Origin: Flavobacteriales bacterium
Lineage (GTDB): Bacteria > Bacteroidota > Bacteroidia > Flavobacteriales_D > Sanyastnellaceae
Length of the DNA: 57,593 bases
NCBI GenBank assembly: GCA_947464415.1
Contig: CANHWU010000001.1
Coordinates: forward strand, 1-57,593
Direction: 5' to 3'
Part shown: piece after piece, positions 45,478 to 53,185 of the stretch
Layout: every line of letters begins with the position of its first letter
How positions within the stretch are numbered: position 1 is the stretch's first letter
Made by a program: the position numbers and the translations under genes
Notes under the pieces: generated by a model
What the model was told of the DNA's origin: nothing
Database searches by the model: none
What the model saw: only the letters and a program-made list of their open reading frames with translations

Positions 45478-45915
45478 ATGTCAGTCATGATGATGTCTTT
45501 TTCCTGTACAAAAGGAGGTGAGCAGGACCCAGATGATTCCAACTCATCGGATTCCACCTACATTCCACCAGTCGTTACTTCCAATAGAGCTCAAATGAAT
45601 TTCATTTGGATGGCCACACCAGATTCTTCCCTTCAATCCATGATTGGTGCGAGTTTAGAAATCAGGAAAAGCAATGGACCCACGCTGTTCTTTGCTCAAG
45701 ATGTCCGATCTCTCACCGATGTTGTGTTCGATTGGTATCCTGATTTATCTTGTTCGGTAGATACTTTATATGAGTTCCGATTGATGGATCCGGGTGGAAA
45801 TCAAGTGGACATGGTGGCTTTTAATCCGGCTACAGCAGTAGATCAAGATGAATTTGTTATTACTTCGCCGAAGTGTACTTATTTTCTTCAATTGACGTGG
45901 TCTGTTGAGCAATAA
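45478..45915 (+). CDS. Small hypothetical lipoprotein (start uncertain)
   Basis: MSVMMMSFSC-TKGG has a lipobox-like Cys followed by an Asp/Ser-rich linker. I recognise no family. An upstream ATG at 45370 would give a longer signal peptide but overlaps the preceding gene by 83 nt. Confidence 0.45.
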   Translation: MSVMMMSFSCTKGGEQDPDDSNSSDSTYIPPVVTSNRAQMNFIWMATPDSSLQSMIGASLEIRKSNGPTLFFAQDVRSLTDVVFDWYPDLSCSVDTLYEFRLMDPGGNQVDMVAFNPATAVDQDEFVITSPKCTYFLQLTWSVEQ

Positions 45916-45943
45916 AAGTTCGAGCATCAGAGAACTTTCATCG

Positions 45944-45951
45944 TATTTTTG
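45944..45951 (+). promoter_or_regulatory. Candidate -7 promoter box (TATTTTTG) for dxs
   Basis: Exact TAnnTTTG match 25 nt upstream of ATG 45976. Confidence 0.35.
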
Positions 45952-45975
45952 TGTTATTAGTTGAATTCGTCCATC

Positions 45976-47913
45976 ATGAATAATCCATATATACCCGGTC
46001 AGAAATTGGCCAACATCAATACTCCTGATGATCTCCGTAAACTTTTCCAAGACAAGGATCTAAAGGATATTTGTGCAGAGTTGAGACAGTATATCGTGGA
46101 TGTAGTATCAGAGAAGGGAGGTCATTTTGGCGCGAGTTTGGGTGTGGTGGAATTGACCGTAGCCCTCCATTATGTTTTCCAAACTCCCTACGATCAATTG
46201 GTTTGGGATGTGGGTCATCAAGCGTATGGACATAAAATTCTTACAGGTAGGAGAGATTTATTTTACACCAATAGAAAGTATAAGGGTATCAGCGGGTTTC
46301 CCAAGAGAAGTGAAAGTGAGTTTGATACTTTTGGTGTCGGCCATAGTTCTACCTCCATCAGTGCTGCAGTGGGTATGGCGGTGGCCTCTAAGTTGAAGAA
46401 AGAGAAAGATCGTCATGTGGTTGCGGTGATTGGAGATGGAGCAATGACGGCAGGGTTGGCATTTGAAGGCTTGAATCATGGCGGTATCACGGACTCCAAT
46501 ATTTTAGTAGTTTTAAATGACAACTGCATGAGCATTGATCCGAATGTAGGGGCATTGAAAGAGTACTTAACGGACATTACAACGAGCCATACTTACAATA
46601 AAGTAAAGGATGATGTTTGGCAGTTGCTGGGCAAAGTGAGTAAGTTTGGACCAAATGCTCAAGCGGTAGCGCATAAAATTTCTGAGGCCTTAAAAGGTTC
46701 TTTGATCAAAGAAAGCAATTTATTTGAGTCATTAAAATGGAGATATTTTGGCCCGATTGATGGTCACGATGTAGACCATTTGGTGAGAGTAATGAGGGAT
46801 TTGAGAGATATTCCGGGTCCAAAAATTTTGCACTGTGTTACCAAAAAAGGAAAGGGTTATGAGCCTGCTGAAAAGGGTTCACCCACTACTTGGCACGCCC
46901 CAGGGATTTTCAATAAGGACACGGGTGAAATTGTGAAAGTAGTCCCTAAGGCCCCACAGCCCCCGCTATATCAGGACGTTTTTGGACATACCATTATTGA
47001 GCTTGCCGAGAAAAATGATAAGATTGTAGGGGTAACCCCTGCAATGCCTTCAGGAAGTTCATTGAAGTTTATGATGGAGGCGATGCCACACAGAGCTTTT
47101 GATGTGGGCATTGCGGAGCAACACGCCGTGACGTTCAGTGCAGGGATGGCCACCCAAGGATTGATTCCGTACTGTAATATTTACAGTTCATTCATGCAAA
47201 GAGCTTTTGATCAGGTGTTGCACGATGTGGCCTTGCAGAAGTTAAATGTGGTGTTTTGTTTAGATCGTGGAGGATTGGTGGGGGCGGATGGCCCCACTCA
47301 CCATGGTGCCTATGATATTGCTTATATGCGTTGCATCCCTCACATGGTGGTGTCTTCTCCCATGAATGAGAGTGAGTTGAGAAATTTGATGTATTCAGCA
47401 CAAGCCAATCCTCAGGGTGCCTATACCATTCGATATCCGAGAGGTAATGGGGTGTTGATTGACTGGAAAACCCCTATGGAGGAAATTAAGGTAGGAACAG
47501 GAAGGCGTTTGGTCAATGGAGGTGATATTGCCTTTTTAACATTGGGCCCCATAGGAAATTACACCACGAAGGCAGTGCAATTATTATCAGAACAAGGTGT
47601 TGATGCCGCCCATTATGATATGCGTTTTGCCAAGCCGTTGGATGAAGTAATGTTGCATGAAGTATTTGGAAAATTCAAATATGTCATCACGGTAGAAGAT
47701 GGTTGTATTCAAGGCGGAATGGGATCTGCAGTATTGGAGTTTATGGCAGACCACGGTTATCAGTGTAAGGTGAAGCGTCTCGGTATTCCGGATGCTTATA
47801 TCGAACACGGTACACAGGATGAGTTGTATAAGGAATGTGGTTTTGATACTGCCGCTATGGTGAATGAAGCTTTGGAAATGTTGGGTCAGGCAGTGCAGAC
47901 TCAAACAGCATGA
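45976..47913 (+). CDS. dxs: 1-deoxy-D-xylulose-5-phosphate synthase
   Basis: Motifs GGHFGASLGVVELTVALHYVF, WDVGHQAY.HK, IGDGAMTAGLAFEGLN, AFDVGIAEQHAV and DGPTHHG. Confidence 0.95.
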   Translation: MNNPYIPGQKLANINTPDDLRKLFQDKDLKDICAELRQYIVDVVSEKGGHFGASLGVVELTVALHYVFQTPYDQLVWDVGHQAYGHKILTGRRDLFYTNRKYKGISGFPKRSESEFDTFGVGHSSTSISAAVGMAVASKLKKEKDRHVVAVIGDGAMTAGLAFEGLNHGGITDSNILVVLNDNCMSIDPNVGALKEYLTDITTSHTYNKVKDDVWQLLGKVSKFGPNAQAVAHKISEALKGSLIKESNLFESLKWRYFGPIDGHDVDHLVRVMRDLRDIPGPKILHCVTKKGKGYEPAEKGSPTTWHAPGIFNKDTGEIVKVVPKAPQPPLYQDVFGHTIIELAEKNDKIVGVTPAMPSGSSLKFMMEAMPHRAFDVGIAEQHAVTFSAGMATQGLIPYCNIYSSFMQRAFDQVLHDVALQKLNVVFCLDRGGLVGADGPTHHGAYDIAYMRCIPHMVVSSPMNESELRNLMYSAQANPQGAYTIRYPRGNGVLIDWKTPMEEIKVGTGRRLVNGGDIAFLTLGPIGNYTTKAVQLLSEQGVDAAHYDMRFAKPLDEVMLHEVFGKFKYVITVEDGCIQGGMGSAVLEFMADHGYQCKVKRLGIPDAYIEHGTQDELYKECGFDTAAMVNEALEMLGQAVQTQTA

Positions 47914-48413
47914 GTGATGTCATCATCAATAAAGTAGCCAACAGCGGACTCATTACTGTCGATTTAGAAGAATGGGTGAAGGATGTGCATTTTGAATGTT
48001 TCGATTTAACCCCTTTGCTTTGGCAAGGGTTGGCGCTTCGAGAGGCAGATCTAAGAGATTTTTTGAAGAAAACACCCGTTGATTTTTATAACAACCAATG
48101 GGTATATGTGCTCATACCTCGGGATATAATTATTCCCCAGTGGGCTCATTTGTTGATAGGGTCGCATTTTGGTAATCATGCCAAGGGCATTTTTGTAGGA
48201 AATTTGGACAGCGCAAAAGAGCAATGGCTTCATCAACGGATTCAAGCATTGGATGTTGCGGACTATGATGGAGCTCGGGTGATTATCAAGGGTTGCACAA
48301 GTCCGTTTGTTACTCGACAAATACAAATGAGTTTTATGTTGAAAGTGCTGCCAGTAGTGAAGTCGTTGATGTTTGGTGAGCCGTGTTCTACGGTGCCACT
48401 TTTTAAAAGATAA
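47910..48413 (+). CDS. DUF2480 family protein
   Basis: 167 aa. IINKVANSGLITVDLEEW...LREADLRDFLKK...IIPQWAHLL matches my recollection of the Bacteroidota DUF2480 pattern. ATGA start/stop overlap with dxs. Confidence 0.6.
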   Translation: MSDVIINKVANSGLITVDLEEWVKDVHFECFDLTPLLWQGLALREADLRDFLKKTPVDFYNNQWVYVLIPRDIIIPQWAHLLIGSHFGNHAKGIFVGNLDSAKEQWLHQRIQALDVADYDGARVIIKGCTSPFVTRQIQMSFMLKVLPVVKSLMFGEPCSTVPLFKR

Positions 48414-48453
48414 TTGTTCAATACAACTTCGTCTGATACAACTAAAAGGTAAG

Positions 48454-48461
48454 TATATTTG
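48454..48461 (+). promoter_or_regulatory. Candidate -7 promoter box (TATATTTG) for the lipocalin-like lipoprotein gene
   Basis: Exact TAnnTTTG match 16 nt upstream of ATG 48477. Confidence 0.35.
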
Positions 48462-48476
48462 AAAAAAACTAATTAT

Positions 48477-48911
48477 ATGAAAAAATTTAAATTGGCATTA
48501 GTGGCGATGACATTGGTAATGTTGTGGTCATGTGGAAAGTATGAAGACGGACCCGCTATTTCATTGCGTTCAAAAACAGGACGCCTAGCAGGAACTTGGG
48601 TCTATGACAAAGTGTTACAGAATGGTGTTGATGTAACAGCCCAATCTACAGAAGGAGAAACCTTTGAATTTACCATTGAAAGAGACGGTACCTATAGTAC
48701 CGTTTTTTCTTATACATTTTTAGGTCAAGTGATCAGTGGGGAGGATAATGGAACTTGGGAGTTTGGTGATGATGAGACATTCACAACGAAGAGTAATAAC
48801 TCTAACTTCTCTCAAACGGTTACCATAACAAGATTGACCAATAGCGAATTTTGGACGAAGTCTAAAGATTCCAATGGGGATGTAACAGAAGTTCATTATA
48901 AATCGAAGTAA
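48477..48911 (+). CDS. Lipocalin-like small lipoprotein
   Basis: Lipoprotein signal MKKFKLALVAMTLVMLWSC-GK. GTWVYDKVLQNGVDVT...GTWEF...LT..EFW is typical of lipocalin-like beta-barrel lipoproteins. Confidence 0.6.
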   Translation: MKKFKLALVAMTLVMLWSCGKYEDGPAISLRSKTGRLAGTWVYDKVLQNGVDVTAQSTEGETFEFTIERDGTYSTVFSYTFLGQVISGEDNGTWEFGDDETFTTKSNNSNFSQTVTITRLTNSEFWTKSKDSNGDVTEVHYKSK

Positions 48912-48930
48912 TAGTAATAAATACAAAATG

Positions 48931-48953
48931 AACCCGCTACGGCGGGTTTTTTT
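48931..48953 (+). terminator. Rho-independent terminator
   Basis: AACCCGC (48931..48937), 4-nt loop, GCGGGTT (48942..48948), running into a T7 tract. Confidence 0.7.
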
Positions 48954-49081
48954 ATGCGTATAATAATAGAATATCATCTACCTTGGAATATCTGTGTTGA
49001 TTGAAAATGGTGGCGTATGATGGAATATGCCTTGCTTAGAGGTTACTTGTCACCAAGTGAGGAGCTTCGCAAGTTTGCACC

Positions 49082-49582
49082 ATGAAAAATCCAATAGCTT
49101 TTTTCCCCTTTACTGAATATCGATTATCTCTCAGCTTATCGGTCAGTCATTCGTTTAATGGAGGTGCACTGACTTATCAGGAGTTTATTGATCATGTGAA
49201 TTATTGGTTGTGTCAAGATTTTTTGGTGTTGGCTTACGTTGTATTGCCCAATCAATGTCATTTTATTGTGCAATCTCGTGCGATGCACTCAGAGGAGACC
49301 GTGCGGGATTTCTCAAGTTCCTTGCGCAGATCTATTTATCAAACCTTTGGGTATTTTCAATTGGATGAATCCTCTGTTCAACCTATTGTTTTACCCATTC
49401 CTCAAGAGGGAATTGATCGGGTGCGAATTTTGAAATCGAGCATTGAGCATTTTCATTCGTTACCCATGCGGATGGGCTTGATTGATGAAAATGAAACATG
49501 GCCTTATTCGAGTTGTACTTGGATACAAAACGGGAAGGTGATTCATCCCTTGTCAAAGTGGTTGCATGATTTTTTGTGTTGA
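49082..49582 (+). CDS. HUH/Y1 (IS200-like, REP-associated-type) transposase homologue with degenerate catalytic motifs
   Basis: 166 aa. LAYVVLPNQCHFIVQS aligns with the (A/C)LMPNHxHLL HUH strand, and HSLPMRMGLIDENETWPYSS aligns with the YIHxNPVxAGLV....WxxSS C-terminal pattern. The first His and the Tyr appear substituted. Confidence 0.5.
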   Translation: MKNPIAFFPFTEYRLSLSLSVSHSFNGGALTYQEFIDHVNYWLCQDFLVLAYVVLPNQCHFIVQSRAMHSEETVRDFSSSLRRSIYQTFGYFQLDESSVQPIVLPIPQEGIDRVRILKSSIEHFHSLPMRMGLIDENETWPYSSCTWIQNGKVIHPLSKWLHDFLC

Positions 49583-49625
49583 AGTAATGGCTCAGTTTTT
49601 CAAGTTGATGTATCTTTATGCGACC

Positions 49626-51125
49626 ATGGTTAAACTCAATATTTATCAAAGCAAGCAACGCTGGAAGTGGGTGTTGGTGGGATTTGCAACTTTATTGGTG
49701 TTTTTGACTTTGGCCTACACCCAGATCATCATTGATCGTATCAGGGCGGATGAAAAAAATAAGGCTGAATTATGGGCCCAAACCATAGTGCGTAGCGCCA
49801 AGTCAACGCAGTATATCGATTCATTGCTCACCCTTTTGCGTTTGGAGGAAGAGGCCAAGGGAAGGTTGATGGGCAAAGCGTTATCTGTTATTTCCAATGG
49901 TGATCCCAATTTAGATTATACTTTTCCTGTCGAATATCTAAAAGACAATTCCACAATACCTATTCTATTATACGATAAGAATGGTCAGTTTCAGCAAGGT
50001 AGAAACCTACCAAGAGGACGAGAACTGGATGTTCAGTTTGCGGATTCACTGAAAAATGAAATTATTAAAAAGTATCAGCCTATCAGTATTCCGGAGTTAG
50101 GGATGAAATTGTATTTTGACGATAGTCAATTGTACAAACAAACTGAAAAAACACTGAATGAATTGAATCGGGCTTTCATTGATGATAAGATTGTTGCTTC
50201 CACGTCGGTTCCCATTGTTATCATCAATGATAAGACGCAAGAGATCATCAGTTATGCACGATTGTCACCTGAGGAGGTAGCCAATGTGGAGCGATTGGAA
50301 TCTATAAAATCAGCCAATCCAGCCATTAAGATTGAAAAGCCCGATGGAGTGCCCGTTAGTATTTACTACGAGGATTCTTTGGTGTTGCAACAGTTGAGGT
50401 ATTTTCCGATTGGGCAATTATTGTTGGTGACGGTGTTTTTATTCATCAGTTATTTAATTTTCTCTACTTATCGAAAGGCAGAGCAAAATCAAGTGTGGGT
50501 GGGCATGGCCAAGGAGACGGCGCATCAATTGGGAACGCCTTTGAGCTCATTGATGGGATGGGGTGCCCTCTTGGAAACGCAAAATGTTTCTCCTGCATAT
50601 ATCGCTGAGTTAAATAAGGATGTTCAGAGATTGCAAATCATTACGGAGCGGTTTTCAAAAATTGGTTCTGAAGCGGAATTGAAAAATGTGGATATCAGGA
50701 AAACCATAGATGAATCTTTGGATTATGTGAAAAAGAGAATTTCTTCAAAGATTCAGGTGACCTTGCAACTTCCTTCAAGAACCACAACTGTGGCAATCAA
50801 TGAAGCTTTGTTTGGATGGGTGATTGAAAATTTGGTGCGGAATGCTGCTGATGCCCTTGAGGAGAATGGCTCGATAGAGGTACTCGTAGGAAGTGAGCTT
50901 AGTAAAGTGATCATTGAAGTAAAAGATTCGGGAAAGGGAATCCCCAAGAATAAATGGAAAACCGTTTTTAAACCAGGTTATACTACCAAAGCACGCGGTT
51001 GGGGATTGGGATTATCACTGGTTAAACGAATCGTTGAGGAGTATCACAAGGGAAGCATTTTTGTGAAAGAATCTGAATTGGGAAAGGGAACTACCTTCAG
51101 AATAGAACTGAAATCAAAGGAGTGA
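49626..51125 (+). CDS. Sensor histidine kinase (two TM segments, periplasmic sensor domain)
   Basis: H-box AKETAHQLGTPLSSLMGW, N-box ENLVRNAADA, G-boxes VKDSGKGIP and GWGLGLSLVKRIV. TM segments lie at ~aa 15-35 and ~270-290 of this start. Alternative starts are 49566 and 49587. Confidence 0.85.
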   Translation: MVKLNIYQSKQRWKWVLVGFATLLVFLTLAYTQIIIDRIRADEKNKAELWAQTIVRSAKSTQYIDSLLTLLRLEEEAKGRLMGKALSVISNGDPNLDYTFPVEYLKDNSTIPILLYDKNGQFQQGRNLPRGRELDVQFADSLKNEIIKKYQPISIPELGMKLYFDDSQLYKQTEKTLNELNRAFIDDKIVASTSVPIVIINDKTQEIISYARLSPEEVANVERLESIKSANPAIKIEKPDGVPVSIYYEDSLVLQQLRYFPIGQLLLVTVFLFISYLIFSTYRKAEQNQVWVGMAKETAHQLGTPLSSLMGWGALLETQNVSPAYIAELNKDVQRLQIITERFSKIGSEAELKNVDIRKTIDESLDYVKKRISSKIQVTLQLPSRTTTVAINEALFGWVIENLVRNAADALEENGSIEVLVGSELSKVIIEVKDSGKGIPKNKWKTVFKPGYTTKARGWGLGLSLVKRIVEEYHKGSIFVKESELGKGTTFRIELKSKE

Positions 51126-51605
51126 TCGGTGCATGATGTAGTCGTTCATTTCAAACCCTTCTCCAATAGAGATATCTACTGACCTCATGATTTGAAATCC
51201 ATTTGCAATATAAAATGCTAAACTTTTATTGTTCCGATTGACATTTAAAGTGACACTCGTTTGATCATGGGAGCGACAGTACTCTAAAACGAAGTTCAGC
51301 ATTTTTTTTCCTAATCCCTTATGATGTTCTTGTTTTTTAAGATACAATTTATGCAATTGGGTATTTCCTTCTTTACCTTTTTCAAATGAAGCAAATCCAA
51401 CGGGCGTTTGATGGTCATATAGAACAATGAACTGATGACCGTTTTGCCATTGTTCTTCCAATGATTGTAGGCTATACATTTTGTTGAGCATGTACTGAAT
51501 TTGTTCAGTACTGATCATGTAATCATATACTTCTGGCCAAATTTCATTGGCTAAAATCTGAATCAGAGGTAGTTGTTCTTTATTACAAATTTCAATTTCA
51601 ACCAT
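51114..51605 (-). CDS. GNAT family N-acetyltransferase
   Basis: 163 aa. Acetyl-CoA pocket pattern LYLKKQEHHKGLGKKMLNFVLEY and ...A..FY...GF. Confidence 0.8.
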   Translation of the reverse strand: MVEIEICNKEQLPLIQILANEIWPEVYDYMISTEQIQYMLNKMYSLQSLEEQWQNGHQFIVLYDHQTPVGFASFEKGKEGNTQLHKLYLKKQEHHKGLGKKMLNFVLEYCRSHDQTSVTLNVNRNNKSLAFYIANGFQIMRSVDISIGEGFEMNDYIMHRSLL

Positions 51606-52197
51606 GAATCGTCTCTTTTTTGCCGTATTTCTCCATGAGTGAAGCTTCGAAATTTAGGAAATCTTGCCAGCGTTGATCAACATTTATTTTTCCTGCATAC
51701 TTTCTGGCAAATCCGATGAAGGTGGTGTAATGTTCTGCTTCACTGATCATCAGTTCGTAATAGAATTGCCTTAACTCGGAATCGGCGATTTCTTGGGAAA
51801 GTAATTTAAACCTCTCACAACTTCTCGCTTCAACCATTGCGGCAAAGAGCATTCTATCTACAAATTGTTGTTCCTTGCTACCGCCGCCACTTCTGATATA
51901 ATCTGCTAAATCTTGGACATATTCGTCTTTTCTCTCTCTTCCAAGACAAAGACCTCTTTTAAGTAGTTCTTGATGTACTTGCCCAAAATGGTCCATTTCC
52001 TCTCTTGCAATTCGCACCATTTCTGTCACAACATCAGGGTATTCCGGAAATCTGATTATACATGAAATAGCGTTAGATGCGGCCTTTTGCTCGCAATAAG
52101 CGTGATCAGTGAGAATTTCTTGGATATTCATTTCTACGATATTCACCCATCTGGGATCAGTGGGCAGTTTTAGACCGAGCATTACTTTTTCAGACAT
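51598..52197 (-). CDS. miaE: tRNA-(ms2io6A37)-hydroxylase, diiron
   Basis: 199 aa. The four helix motifs shared with Salmonella MiaE are present: TDHAYCEQKAA, REEMDHF, VEARSCERF and SEAEHY. Confidence 0.85.
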   Translation of the reverse strand: MSEKVMLGLKLPTDPRWVNIVEMNIQEILTDHAYCEQKAASNAISCIIRFPEYPDVVTEMVRIAREEMDHFGQVHQELLKRGLCLGRERKDEYVQDLADYIRSGGGSKEQQFVDRMLFAAMVEARSCERFKLLSQEIADSELRQFYYELMISEAEHYTTFIGFARKYAGKINVDQRWQDFLNFEASLMEKYGKKETIHG

Positions 52198-52221
52198 AGC
52201 GCAAAATTATCATTTTTGGTC

Positions 52222-52248
52222 AAAAAAAAAGACCGACGAATCGGTCTT
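52222..52248 (-). terminator. Rho-independent terminator after the 268-aa T9SS cargo gene
   Basis: AAGACCGA (52229..52236), CGAA loop, TCGGTCTT (52241..52248). On the minus strand it is followed by a T9 run. Confidence 0.7.
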
Positions 52249-52269
52249 TTCTCGAAAAAATAATTTCCT

Positions 52270-53076
52270 TTAGTGAGCAACAACAAAACGCTGTTGGAAT
52301 TGACTTCCGTTGTTGTCAACATTCATGAAGTATACTCCATTGGGAAGTTGAGTAACATCTAAAGTGAAAGTTTTGCTCGTGATTTGGTTTACTTGATCAC
52401 GGTTTACCAAGCTTCCAGTTGCATCAAAAATGCTGATAGTTGCGCTACCTGAAACGGCTTGATTGAATTGTACATTGATATTGTCATTGGCTGGACTTGG
52501 ATACACTACCACTTCTTTTTCTCTGTTGACCATATCATTGATATTGGTTTGAGATTGTCCGTTGACAGTCAAATTCAAGGCATCCAACAAAAAGTTAGTT
52601 CCACCATTTTGGTATGAGGCAAATGCGAAATAGTGTACACCACCATTTGCGTATTGCGAAATATCAATGGTAACTGGTGTATACAAAGGATAGGCAGCAG
52701 TATCAGCGCCAGTAACGCTGAAAATAGGATTGCCATCGATACTCATGATAAATGTATCATCGGTGGAACCATCACCACCTACATTACCAAATTGGAATTC
52801 AATGGTAGCAGAGTTTCCAGCTGGAATGGTCATTTGCTGAGCCATTAAAGTTTCTTCCAAGTCACCTGCTGTTGTACCTCCCCAATAATACCATACCCCA
52901 TCATAGGCTAAGGTTTGTCCGCCAAGACATGCGGCATCACAAAGGGGAGTTCCATAAACTGCTGAAAACTCTGTCCAATAGGCTCCAGGCCCTGATTCAA
53001 AGCTAGGATCCACCAATTGAGCGGAAGCCATACCTATGCTGCCGCAAGCTAAAATAGAAAGTAAAGTTTTTTTCAT
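52270..53076 (-). CDS. Small secreted jelly-roll/CBM-like protein with T9SS C-terminal sorting domain
   Basis: 268 aa with a signal peptide. A ~170-aa beta-rich domain (LVDPSFESGPGAYWTEF...) is followed by the CTD VVVYPSPANDNINVQF...GVYFMNVDNNGSQFQQRFVVAH. Confidence 0.7.
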   Translation of the reverse strand: MKKTLLSILACGSIGMASAQLVDPSFESGPGAYWTEFSAVYGTPLCDAACLGGQTLAYDGVWYYWGGTTAGDLEETLMAQQMTIPAGNSATIEFQFGNVGGDGSTDDTFIMSIDGNPIFSVTGADTAAYPLYTPVTIDISQYANGGVHYFAFASYQNGGTNFLLDALNLTVNGQSQTNINDMVNREKEVVVYPSPANDNINVQFNQAVSGSATISIFDATGSLVNRDQVNQITSKTFTLDVTQLPNGVYFMNVDNNGSQFQQRFVVAH

Positions 53077-53093
53077 ATAATTATTGTTTGGCT

Positions 53094-53101
53094 CAAATAT
53101 A
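53094..53101 (-). promoter_or_regulatory. Candidate -7 promoter box (TATATTTG on the minus strand) for the 268-aa cargo gene
   Basis: Plus strand reads CAAATATA. The motif is 18 nt upstream of the ATG at 53076. Confidence 0.35.
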
Positions 53102-53185
53102 TCAAAGAGATTTTGAAGATGAACAGAATTGTTATATAAATATCAATCTTTCATTTCTCATAATTTGTGCTGTACCTTCGTTGTT

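Noticed and set aside
49031-49072. Imperfect hairpin (core ACTTG-TCAC-CAAGT, outer CTTGC/GCAAG) just upstream of the Y1-transposase-like ORF. It could be a REP or transposon-end hairpin.
   Set aside because: The stem is short with internal mismatches. There is no second copy on the 3' side, where the gene abuts the kinase gene, and no other copies in the window.
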